DNA of 64,000 nucleotides from Aplysia californica (lineage: Eukaryota), in the NCBI RefSeq assembly GCF_000002075.1, contig NW_004797276.1, forward strand, positions 1,915,972-1,979,971, read 5' to 3'. Every line of letters begins with the position of its first letter. Position 1 is the first letter of the stretch. The notes beneath the pieces were generated by a model. It did not search any database, was not told the DNA's origin, and saw only the letters and a program-made list of their open reading frames with translations. Made by a program: the position numbers and the translations under genes. Positions 13,201 through 25,600 of the stretch are shown piece by piece.

Positions 13201-16200
13201 AAATGTTTTAGCATTTGTGGGCTTAATTGTATTATGTTTTGTTTTTTTCTTTTTCCTTCCAGATCTGGAACGAACGGACATATGATATCGGTTACATAAA
13301 GGTAAATGATTAAGTTTTTATCCTTTGATAATTTGTGTTCAATTGTCTGTTTCATCCAAATAAGCTGAAGTAAGTGATTTCTATCCTTTGATGTAGTTGT
13401 CTTATAATTGATAAAAATGTAATAATATTTTCACCATTTGTAGTTGGAACTCACGAAGCAGTGCTTGGTGTATTTATCTGTTGTAATACTTTCTACAGGC
13501 ACTACGCGCGACCTTGGATTCACGAGGATTCCAAAACACACTTGTTATTGCTGCTGATGAAAAGTGGGAGATTGCAAGTGACATTCAGGCAGATCCTGCA
13601 CTGGCCAAAATAGTACATGCTATTGGGTATGTAGAATGCAAATAGGCATTTCCCTTGTACTCTTTGAAAGAGGCATGAAAGTGAAAAGAACGTCAAAGGT
13701 GTCTTTCTGTTACTCATCGTTCACAGAATTTATAATTACTTAAAATCTTTTTGTGTTTTGTCAAACTATCTTTCCTACTCCATTTTGTTTTTACTATATA
13801 ATATTTGTTTTATACCAGAGTGGCATTTATGATCCTCCATGCTACTTGTAAGTAATATAAGTGAGCTGCCTGTTAAAAGAATTAAACATTTTTCATTGCT
13901 AGCCATTTTGAATTCAAAGTCATCTCTGTCATTATGAAAATTCTGCGTGGTTTCTTGACAGGTGTCACTACCCAGGCACTCTTTCTGATCCGGATGCTGT
14001 AAACACAGGGAAACAATTGTGGGCCTCGGAAGATTATAGCTCTTTCAATGATGACGTTGGAGGAGGATGCTGGGCGCGGGTAACTGTTTTGTTCGTCATA
14101 GCTTAGATGTTTTCACGTGTTTTGTGTGTTGCTGTTTTCTTGGTGACGATAGAAAAGAGCATGATTCTTTAAATGGCAGGTACTGGCACTTGATTGTGGT
14201 TGGAGGTTTGGAGGAGGGTACTATATGCACTCACGTGTACTGAACAAGTGGACTCACATCTGAGCATTGATTGTTTCACATGTCTCATGCTTTCTTATGA
14301 TCAATGCAAATGTCTAGCCCCCTCCGGAAAGAAGTAAATAAAAGCAGTATAAAGACATACTGAATGTCTTCAACCCAGCATAACAATGGCAAACAGGTTA
14401 CATCAGACATTTTTTTGTATTTGTAAGTCGCACCTCATGTTTGTTACCAAATTGCGACGATCTCTAATCTTCTTTACCCTTGATTTCTGTTTCTTCCAAC
14501 TAGACAGAATAATTTTTTGTTAAAGGATTTGTTATGCAGCTATGAAAGCTGACTTGTAATGTCCTTTAAGTTTTTTCCTTGTGCTGATAGAGCTGTTCAA
14601 TCCTTTTCTTTTGAAACTTGAAAGTCAAGTTTCTATATGTATGCATAGTCAATGAAAGGGGAGGGGCTGATTTGTTTGTTGATAGCCTTACTATTTTATT
14701 GCAACTTATTTTATTCCCGTACTTGATAAACAGCTATTCACGTATTTATCTAAGTGATATGCATCATTACTTTTTGCTCTTCAGCTCAGTTGTAGGCTGT
14801 TCCTGTCATTGTCGTTAAGTCTTGGGTACAAATAGTTATATAGCATCAGTTTTTTGCTATTTCTCTCTACAAGTGACAGATAATAGAATGAGACTTTGAA
14901 CCTGTGTCCTTACATTCCTATAGTCTGGGCAACACCAAAAGGACAACTTATCGACCTCATTACACAAAATGTAATATGCGGTTCCCATAGGGGGATCAGG
15001 TCGAGTCAGGTCAGTTTGCTAGTCAGATTGAGGGCGCAAAGTGATTACCATGGCACAAGTCGAGTGTGCCCAACTCATCGCCTCAAAAACAAAAGCGTGT
15101 GTTCTCAGGTGACGATTCGGCCCGACCCGACTCGACCGGATCCCATCTGCAATGGGCTCCCGGTATAAGTGGCGAGTTGCTCTGATTTTTTGCATGTGCC
15201 CCTAAAAATCTCGATTTTCGTGCCAATGCGTCAAACATAAAGATGTCTTTTTTATAATTATAATCATTAGTATTTAATTGCAGTCGGGGGGCGGGGGGTG
15301 TCTTTGATTAAAACAAGAAAGGTAGTTCAGCGTTAGTTGGTTTTTTTATTTTTTATTTATCTTATTTTCTTCTTTTGAATTGACTGTGTTTTGCAGCAAG
15401 ACTGAGTAGTTGTCAGTCCAGTGGTTAGTATGGTGACAGTGTGTTTATTTAGATTGACTAATTGCAATATATATGCTATGTGGGAAATTTTTTGCATATC
15501 CTCACAGTCTTTTGCTGTCGCTTTTCTCATTAATCAGCGTGGTTAGATTAATTAATTTACAAACCCTAAAACTACTAAACTATTTCTACAAAGAAGGCGA
15601 TCAAGGTCGTCTCTTTTATTCTATTTAAAAATTCAGAAAAAAAGACAAGACATGCATTAGAACTATCCAGGACTATGCTGCTCGGATGGATCCAAGAAGA
15701 TGAAAATCCAGAAGAAAAATAACTAATACAAAGACGCATAACAATTCCAGTTATACTTCTTTCATATTCAGGTGGCTTGAAAATGTATGTGTAAAGGGGG
15801 GAGGCACCCTCTGCCTATGAACCTGCACTTGGGGATGGGCAGTGACATGCCCATTAGTGCTCTGCAAATTTCTGACTAACCCCTGCAACGACACCCTGTA
15901 TTGTTATGGTTTTAGAATGGTACTGTGCGTGCTATAAAAAGTGTGCGGAGTTGAGTATAATTAGACATCAATTAATAATGATCATAGACAATATCTCTTT
16001 ATATTTGTCGCATATGATCATAGACAATATCTCTTTATATTTGTCGCATATGCACAGGAATCAGGATTATTTAGGTCTTTTAAAATTCATAGGTGCATAC
16101 AAAAAATTAGAGCAAATTGCAACTTAGGTTCTGTGTAATGAGGTCGATAAGTTGTCCATTTGGTGCTGCCCAGATTATAGTAGCTGCTTTTTAAAAAATT

Positions 16201-16560
16201 TATCAGTCATGCTCCTTCATGATAACTGGTTATATCATAAAGTGGCTGTCTTCTTGCACTACATATTTTGGAGTGAGATATACTGAATAAGCTGTTTGTC
16301 AATCATATTTTAAAAATATTTCTGAGTTTTGATTGACGCCTGTACTACTTAAATGTTGCTGTAAAAGAAAAGTAAGACAACGTTTTGCTTGATAAAATTC
16401 AATATCCATTGTCAGTCACCAGAGAAAGAAGAATAAAAAATGATATGATTCTTACCTTGCAAGCTTAAGAAGAATAAAGAATGATATGATTCTTACCTTG
16501 CAAGCTTAAGTACTTCTAGAAGATGTGAATCAATTCTTGGCATCTGTAATAGATGTCTTT

Positions 16561-16624
<64 letters not shown>

Positions 16625-19600
16625 TTCAACGTTGAGAAGCTGTTATTGATCCAGCAACCTTGAGAATAAATAAAATGGATGGAATGGCAAAAATTCACCC
16701 CTATCTGTCAAGGGGATGAATCTTGTGGGACGGATACTTTTTCTGTACCTTTTCATCCTGTTCAGTTACATGTATCTATTGTTTTTACTCTTTTACATTA
16801 TAGACTTCCAAAATTGGTGGCTTTCTTTTTTCTGTAAACATTCTATTGATAGGTGTCACACCCACCCCCCTCTCCTTCCACAAGGACCAGCAAAATCAAT
16901 AAATCCAGCAAAAATCTTTTGCTTTTCCCTGTGCCCTTTCATCTGCATGAAAACAGTATTGTGATCTCGATTTTCTTAAAGTCACCTTTATGATTTTGAC
17001 AATTGTAAAGTAGAAGTCAAAGGTAGAATACTTCTTTAGAAAAAGGAAAGTATGTTTGTTTTTATCAGCTGTTTGCAGAACATGCTGAAAAGTCTGAAAG
17101 TGGTATTGATGATGGTTTTACAGATCTATTTACATCTGTGCCTTTCCTCTTATACCCTGTGCAGACCTGGATCATCTGTTTCATGTTTACTCTCTTCATT
17201 ATCGATTTCCTCGTGCCCTCAGCATTTACCGTAGACTCAAGCTGCATTCTATTAGCGTTATATTATGTATTTAGTTGATTTCCTGATTTTATTTAATGAC
17301 ATCGTGATTTTTATTCCTCAGATTCTAAATCAGAATTATGTCAATGGCTTGATGACAGCGTAAGTAATTTCTTTTTCCTGGTACAGTGGAACTTGGATTC
17401 AACGAAGTCGTCGGGCCTGGCCTTAAATTTTGTTGAATCTAAGTGTTCGTTATAGAAAATACGAGGTTTTGTGTAGATAATTACAGACATTGAGCAAGTA
17501 GTGCATAATGTCGACTTTCTACATAAAAAATATGTTGGTTTCAAATGAGAGGCATTTTCGTTTCTTGATATTTAAACAAATGCGAGAAAATTCCAGAAAA
17601 ATACAACGAACTATACCAAACATACACCGTGCAAAAGGGTCGATTAGTTCAAATGCATGCCTGTGTGATCTATCGTCTACAGCATATTGTTTTCCGAGCA
17701 AGTTATGTTGCTGTGTAGAGCGTAGCATATGGCAGCATGTAATCCCACAGTCCAGCGCACAAGACATCACATAGATCTATGTCAAGACTAACTTATCATT
17801 GTAATATTGATCAGCCAGGGAAAATAATAATGTAACGCGTTTGCATCTCTTCTGATGTTCCACGCCCTTACCACTTCTACTCCCTCACCCAGCTCACACA
17901 CACATACACAGTCGCACGTCACATGTGTGCTTGTCTCTTGGCCGCCTGTCCGACCCCGACACATGCTAAGACATGTGTGCATGCTAACAACGTGTGTGTT
18001 GGTACGAAAGAAGGGCGCTGATTAGTCACATAAGGCAGTTCACCTTGCAAGAGACTTCGTTGAATCTGAGCTTGCTCATTGATGTGTTCTGTGAATCCAA
18101 GTTATTTTTATTGAGTTTTATTAATTAAAAAAAACACACCAGGGGAATCCAACTCTTTTCGTTGAATCCTAATTTTCGTTGAATCCGAGTTCGTTATATG
18201 TGTACTGGAAGCAACTGAAATTGTAATTTTATTCTGTTTCTTTGGAAGTCATGACTCTGTATATTTGTCTTGTACTCTTCCTTCAGGCTTGGTTTTTATA
18301 TGTGATTTGACATGTCCAATATCAGAACAGTCAGAGCCATTTCATAAAATAATTCATCTGTGGACAGCACCATTTCATGGAGCTTGATAGCCAGCTACTA
18401 CGACAACTTGCCGTTCTATGGGGATGGTTTGATGACAGCTGTTGAACCATGGTCAGGCAACTATGTCGTGGAGACACCCATCTGGGTTTCAGGTGAGAAA
18501 CCATTGGACAGTATCTGAATGGTCTATAAGATTTTTTACATGAATTCAGGAGATATATATTGATATGGATACAGATACAATGATTATTGTTTCCTTTCAT
18601 TTTTTATTGCTAATTTCTTGGCAGCTTTCCTTTTATTCTGATCAATTATAAAGAATCTTTAGATAGATAATCTATCTTGATGTAGATGTAAATATCAATG
18701 AAACTGTCCCAATGTCTATTTTTTAAAACATTAAATTGGACTTTGCATCCGGCTCATAAATGATTAGGTTCTCTTCTAGCGTTTTGTTCTGTGCTTTCAA
18801 GAAGTGTTTTTATTTTATTTACACGTGTACTCTGTGATATTTATGGATTTCTGTTTTGCTTTTCAGCCAAGCTACTGTTAATTACAAACAGGGAATCGAT
18901 ATGAATAGTCATTCTATAATGAAAAATATGGAGAGTTTTATGTGTACTTCCTTTTCATTTAGTGAGGAACTTAAATAATAACTATCTTTGTTTATAAATA
19001 TCATTTTGCTGAAATATTCAATTGAACACAAAGTGTTTCTATTTGATTTACACCAGAATCTTTAGAGATGATTTTTTTTTCATTTTTGCAGCACATACAA
19101 CCCAGTTTGCTTTTATTGGCTGGAACTATCTCAAGCATGACTCCGGAGTTGGGAAACTGCCAAAGGGAGGTTCTTACGTGGGTCTTGTCAATCCAACAGG
19201 GACAGAACTTACCATTGTCATTGAAACTATGGTAAATAACCTAGCTCATGTAAATTATATAGTTAGTTTCTTTATGCTGAGCTTAAGAGTGCTTATATGT
19301 GTAAGCTTTGTCTTTGTTCTTGAGGTTTAAGATTTCATAACAATAGGAATTTGTTTGCAAACATAAAAGTTATTATTTTGTCCTGGATGTCAATGAAAAC
19401 AGCACTTGTCTTGGAAAATCTTAAACTTTCTCCTACACATGTGTAAGGTCATGGATTTGTGAACACTGAAACTACAGTCAAACCTGCCCTGACGGCCACC
19501 TCTATAGGACGGCCACCTGTACAAACGGCCACTTTCCATTTCCCCCCTTGCGTTTTTTCTCTATAATTTAACTGTGTAAAACGGGCACCTGTCCAACGCG

Positions 19601-22600
19601 GCCGCGGCCACCATATTTTAACACAAAACCCCTATTACACTAAGCAATAACACCTGTCTTAGACGCCACCTTAGTGACTCCGACCCATGTGTTTGTTTTA
19701 ACATGGCACTCGGTCTTCCTCGTCTCATACATTTAGTTTTATTGTCACTCTTGCGCAAAATCAGCAACAAAATAAAAATAACAAACAAAATACAAACCAA
19801 CAACAACAAAAACAAGAAATGCGGCTATTTTCGATTGAGACTTCAGAAGGGAATGGTTTGTTTTCTTCCTCTTGATCAGTCCTGCCTAAGATGGCCACCT
19901 GTCTTCTACGGCCACTTTTCTCCTCGACAATGGGTGGCCGTCTTACACAGGTTTGACTGTACTTTCCAGTAGAAGTATGAAGTATTACAAAGTAAAATGG
20001 AAAAATGACTCGAGACGTATTGTTCTAGTTCATTATTGTGTAATAGCAGCTTGGGTTTTTTTTCCCCCGAAAGTCTCAGAATCTGTTTCTGTGCTGTTTC
20101 AATTTATTCCTTTTTTTTTACAGAAAATGCATTTTCCTGTTAAATTTTTGTTCATTTTGCTATCTTATTTTTCACTTGATGACTTTAACTTTGCATTATG
20201 CCTTTTTTCGGGATGATTGTTCTGGGTGTTTTTGCGCAACAATTTCCACTTTGTGTCTTTGCTTTTTCTTGTGTGAAAATCGTCTTCACTTAATTCGTTT
20301 TTCAAATTTCCGGAAAACTGAATTCTTTAGCAACAATGTTAAAGGTAAAAATATTGTGATTTTTAAATAATTTATAATCGTTAAAATAGTCAAAATATCA
20401 TTGTAATAATTTTAGTATTAATAATAATCAATAATCATCGTAGTAATAATAATATAGTGACAATAAATAATTTACTTATAAAAATGATGTTTATATGAGT
20501 CGTAGTAGCAATGATATTGGTAATGCTTAAACTATGTCTGTTTTATGGAGCACCGTGATAATTTTATGTTAATGAGGTTTTTTAAAACTCATTTTTATTA
20601 AAGAGTATGTCAAGGGCTATCTTACTGTTCAAGGTTTTGCTGCTTGTTTGTCTTTGACAGACCCATAATCATTCACTGTGTGTTCGACCACCACTGCCAG
20701 CCTACAACGTTGAACCCCAGGTTGTTACTGTTTCATTGGCAGGAAAATTCGTAAGTGTTTTTTAGAATAAGACATAGTATAAGTTGTGCTCACCTTGGAA
20801 AGTATGTTAGGGCAACCAACTATTGTTAAATTGTTTGCTTGGTATGTGAATAACAAACAGGGCATGGTGCCTCTTAATGTACTGATATATCGTCGTGATC
20901 ATGATACGATCAGATCTACAAAACTTTCGATTTTGGTTTTTTTCACGAAATCTCTTCTACAAGACATGTTTCGACATATTAAGACATATTAAGCTAATTA
21001 AAAATGTGTATTCAAATAAGCAACCAAAAGTGGACTTATAAAATTCTATAACAATCAAATTTATAATTCTGCCGTCCTTTTAAAAAATCAGTTTTTATCC
21101 TTTTCCTGTAAAATTTACCTGATGTCACTTATTTGACATCACAACGGTGACAATATGTTGAATGAAGCAAGTACGTGCTTTTTGTGAAATAAGTATGTTA
21201 TAAAACTTTTGTTAATTCAGTACAAGTTTCGTTTTGTTGTGGTACCTTCCTTAGTTTTAGCAGCAAAGTTCTGAGATTTGAAAAGTTCTTGATAAGCCCA
21301 TATGCAGTACAGACATGTTTCATGCTTTTTTTTATATTCATTACGGTGGTACATTTCTTTTCAGTAATGCAATTATTCTAATTTCCCCCCACAGTCCAGC
21401 ATCACCGAAATGAATGTTTGGTACAGCAAACTCAGATTTGATGGTGCCAAGGACACCTTGTTTGAGAAAAGGGACCCAATTAAAGTAAGCGTTTTGTTCT
21501 TTGGAATATATGAGTGTGGTGAATGACAGAAGATGTTAATGGAGCAGTCATTGTAGATTTGTTGGAATTCTTTTCAGTGAGAAAGGGACATTGTTGTTGG
21601 ATATTGTTCCAAAGTGCATGCATATTCATGCACATGTTTTAGGTAGATCTACACGTTTTCTTGCCATGTTTCAAAATGTCATCATACTTCTTTTTTTTTT
21701 TTTCTTTTAAGGTCATATATGTTTATTTGAGAATGCTTGCCAATACCTTCATTATGAAACAGAGTTGTTCATGAGCCGATTCATCGGTACAGACTTTGAT
21801 GTGTTTTTGTTAAGAAGACTGTACGCTTGTCTGACTGGTCAGGTCTACGTGTTTATGTCAAGCCAGGAGAGGAAACTGATCAATGCCAACATTATATCTA
21901 TCAGAATAGCACGAAGTTCAGTAAAAAAAATAATTTTACCTTTGATGCTGTAGATATGCCTCTTTTTATCATGCCATTGGGCATTCATCATCTCCTCAAT
22001 GCTTTGTATACCTTCCCTCACAATGGCAGGTAATAGAAGTGGAAGGTTGTTATGTTTAACATCATGCTCCTTCCTCAGAAGAAATAAAAATTAAAGTGTT
22101 TGAAGAGTCCCATTCACATAATTTTATTATTTAAGACTAAAGAAACCACTCCCAACCATCCTGTGCTCAAAATTTTTATGTAGAGTATTTCAGGTGAGCG
22201 ACACTGAGTAGAGGGAGAGAACCGCGCTACTTAAACTTAAACCTTAAAAAAACCAACTTATTTATTGTCAAAATATCAGGTCAGACACAGTCGAACTGGC
22301 CCCAGTTTAGAAAAACTTCAATTGCCCCCAAACAAAGTCTACAAATCCTGAGGTGTGCCCCCTTCATGACTTTAATCATGGTAGTCATTTAGGAGTTGAT
22401 CTGGCTTCAATATTAGTAGAAATTGACAAGACAGTTTGTCTCGGAGCTTTAGAAAAGTACGCTTATTATTTTTATTATTGCTCTGTATCCGACCTGCCTC
22501 ATTACAAGACACCCAAATTTAACAAGACAAGTCTAACCTAACAATGGATACCTTGTATTTATCATCATTGTCATATTTTTTTCAGTTTGTCAATGGCAAG

Positions 22601-25600
22601 GCACAACTGAGCCTGGGCTTGGATGAGGTCATCACGCTCACGACTATGACCACTGGTCAGAAGGGTGCTTATCCTGAGCCTCCTCCTTCTCAGCCCTTCC
22701 CCCTCCCTTACACAGAGGACTTTGAAAGTAAGGATCATTTGCTCATTTTTCCTTGTGTCGCTGCTTCAACAAAAATGGATCGACTTTTTTATTGGGCTTT
22801 ACTCAGCTCCCAGCTGTGGTTTGGTTGTTTTTGTGGTTGGCTGTTGTTTTTATCCAATTACTAACACTTGTCTGACAGGCAGTATATGGTTCCATCACTT
22901 CCTATCCAAATTCAGATCTTGGTCCACATTGANNNNNNNNNNNNNNNNNNNNNNNNNNNNNNNNNNNNNNNNNNNNNNNNNNNNNNNNNNNNNNNNNNNN
23001 NNNNNNNNNNNNNNNNNNNNNNNNNNNNNNNNNNNNNNNNNNNNNNNNNNNNNNNNNNNNNNNNNNNNNNNNNNNNNNNNNNNNNAATTTCTTAGAGCAT
23101 CAAAATTATTTTTATGCCTGTTTTACCTTACCATTTGAAATCTTTATATAGCATCATATTCTGGCATTATTAACCAAGAAAACCTGGCTAATGCTTTCAT
23201 TACTCCAAAGTTGCAATGAAGCAGAATAGTCATCAAATTTGTGGGCATGTGCAAGCTAAATGTGTTTCATAACAGTTTGGTGAATTTTTACTAAAATTTA
23301 AGTACTTTTTGTCTTTTGAAATAATCTAAAATCTAGCAATGGCAGCCATGTAATGTACATAAGTAAACAAGTATATAACCAGATGTCAGAGAGATAAAAG
23401 ATTATGCCTAGATAAGGATTTGATGATATATTTGAGAAAAGGTTTAAGCCTTGAGTTTGAGGTCAGATAGGCTTTTCTGGGCACTGTGTTGTGCAAACCA
23501 TGTAGCATTTGATTTTTACGTACAATTAGTTCTAGCATGAAAACACAAATAACTACTCCCAACCCAAATTTTGGAGTCTTTTTGATTTGGTACAGAGTAA
23601 AACAAGGACTTACTAATGCTATTCCTTCTAATGCTTTCTCTACCTTATGAAAAGAAAGAAGAAACAAAAAAAAGTGCCAGAGATTTGCAGTTATTGATGA
23701 CCCAGGAGAAATTACTGATTGCAAGGGACGAACAGTCTTTCTTTTTTTGTGTTGACTTTGCACAATATTATTTCATTTAAATATAACTTATTCTTTAGTA
23801 TAAGAATGTAAAAAGAATTGGAAATTATCAAATACTATTGTCATCCATTTCCACATGGAAGGTTACAAACCACCACAGGAACCCCCCAATTTGGCTCAGT
23901 AGTTTGGTGTATATGAAGTGACTGAATTGCCTGGGCCACATAGTCATGTCAATAGCGAAAAAGTCATTTTCGAAAATAAGAATGAACTACTAATGCATAG
24001 AAACAGATGACTCTGGATGACTCATCAAATTCCAAAAGTTCTCAAAAAAGAACGAAATGGGTAAAAAGTGAGAAAAAAAAGAGCTCGCATAGAAGACCTG
24101 GTGTACAGTAAACCTAGTTATCTATACATAATCTGTGCATGCATACCTTTCTGACTGATTTGATACAGCTAATCAGGTTGGCAGCATATTCATAAAAATG
24201 TTTTAAAAGTGTGGATTCTTTTGCGTTCATCTGGAAACATCAAGAAAATGTGAGACTAATTAATTTGAGACGATAGAATTTCAGCTCTTGGAATTAAAGT
24301 TTGTTTCTTTTACTCCTTCCGAAATGTGAAACTTGACTGGAGGGCTAAATGATGATTTTTTCCCCTCCTGGAACAGGAAAATATACTTACATGCTTTAAA
24401 TAAGCTTTTCTGAATTGTAAATGTTCATACTAAGTTGTATTCATGTTCACTCTTTGGACAAGTTAAACCTCTTTACAAGTTGGTTATTATAATGTTTCTC
24501 AGCTACTTGGAGACTAGTCATCTTTTAACAGATTGCAGCAGTAATCCTCATCTAGGTGAAAGGAGTAAAACTTGTCTAGAAATATATGTTTTTCTTTCTT
24601 GATGAAATCAAAAAAGGTATGAGGTAATACCTGCTGATGGGTGTTGGTTTTCAAAAGTTGTTTGTTTAGAATAAATCAATATGTTTTTCACGTCTCTTTC
24701 TGTTGATGTAATAGGGGACAATACTCTTCGCTGTCTTCCCATCATATCTGCAACACACTTTCAGCAATACCAAAGCTTCATGAATACAATCTTATTGATC
24801 ATAGGCTTCTCACTGTATGAAGAACCCTTCAATCTTGCCCAACAAAGTGGAGCATATGAAATCCTTTCTACAAATAACAACAAGTTCGCCCGGCAAATGA
24901 CAATAATGGAGCCAATTCTCTGGAGCAAATTCGGGGGAGTCTGTAAAACTGTCAATGTCATTGGCAGTACTGACTGGTAAGATGCTGCCAGGCTCAGGCC
25001 AGTGTTCTGTTCACCTTCCAACATATGTATGCTTGTGTGCGCCATGACCCAGGCTTGAAAAAAATTAGAAACAGATGCTAACATGTTGCTAATCAGCTTC
25101 AGTTTGTTTTTTAACTTCTGCTCATAGGGGTTTACCAATAGTAGCTTGAGACTTATTACATCAGTTTAGTTGAGAGAGAAAACCTTGAACATAGTCTTTG
25201 GATCGTTTGGGGCGTTTTTTATTCTTAAAATCTCATGGAATTTTTCAGGAAAATCTGACCATACTAATTTTGTTCGATTGAAAGTAATCCAAATTTGAAT
25301 GACTACTTTGGTCTCTAAGAGTTTGGGTTTTTTTGTTTGTTTGTTTTTTCAATTATCTTTCTCTTTGATACATATGTACTTTAAAAACTGCCCTAATGTT
25401 GAAGCAATAGAAGGCCTACAGTAATACAATTGGACAGCATAAATGAATGATTTGCACTAAGTCTAATGAACAGAAAATTATAAACTGCTCACAGAAATGC
25501 ATTTATAAATGTCTCACTCACTCTTTGAAAAAGGGAATCTAAAAAAACCGTTTGCTTGAGACCTGCCACTATCTAGATGACAGAAATAGTGAGGCAACAG

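Noticed and set aside
15978-16510. CRISPR-like or functional repeat array
   Set aside because: Two simple two-copy tandem duplications without spacers, in a eukaryotic intron.
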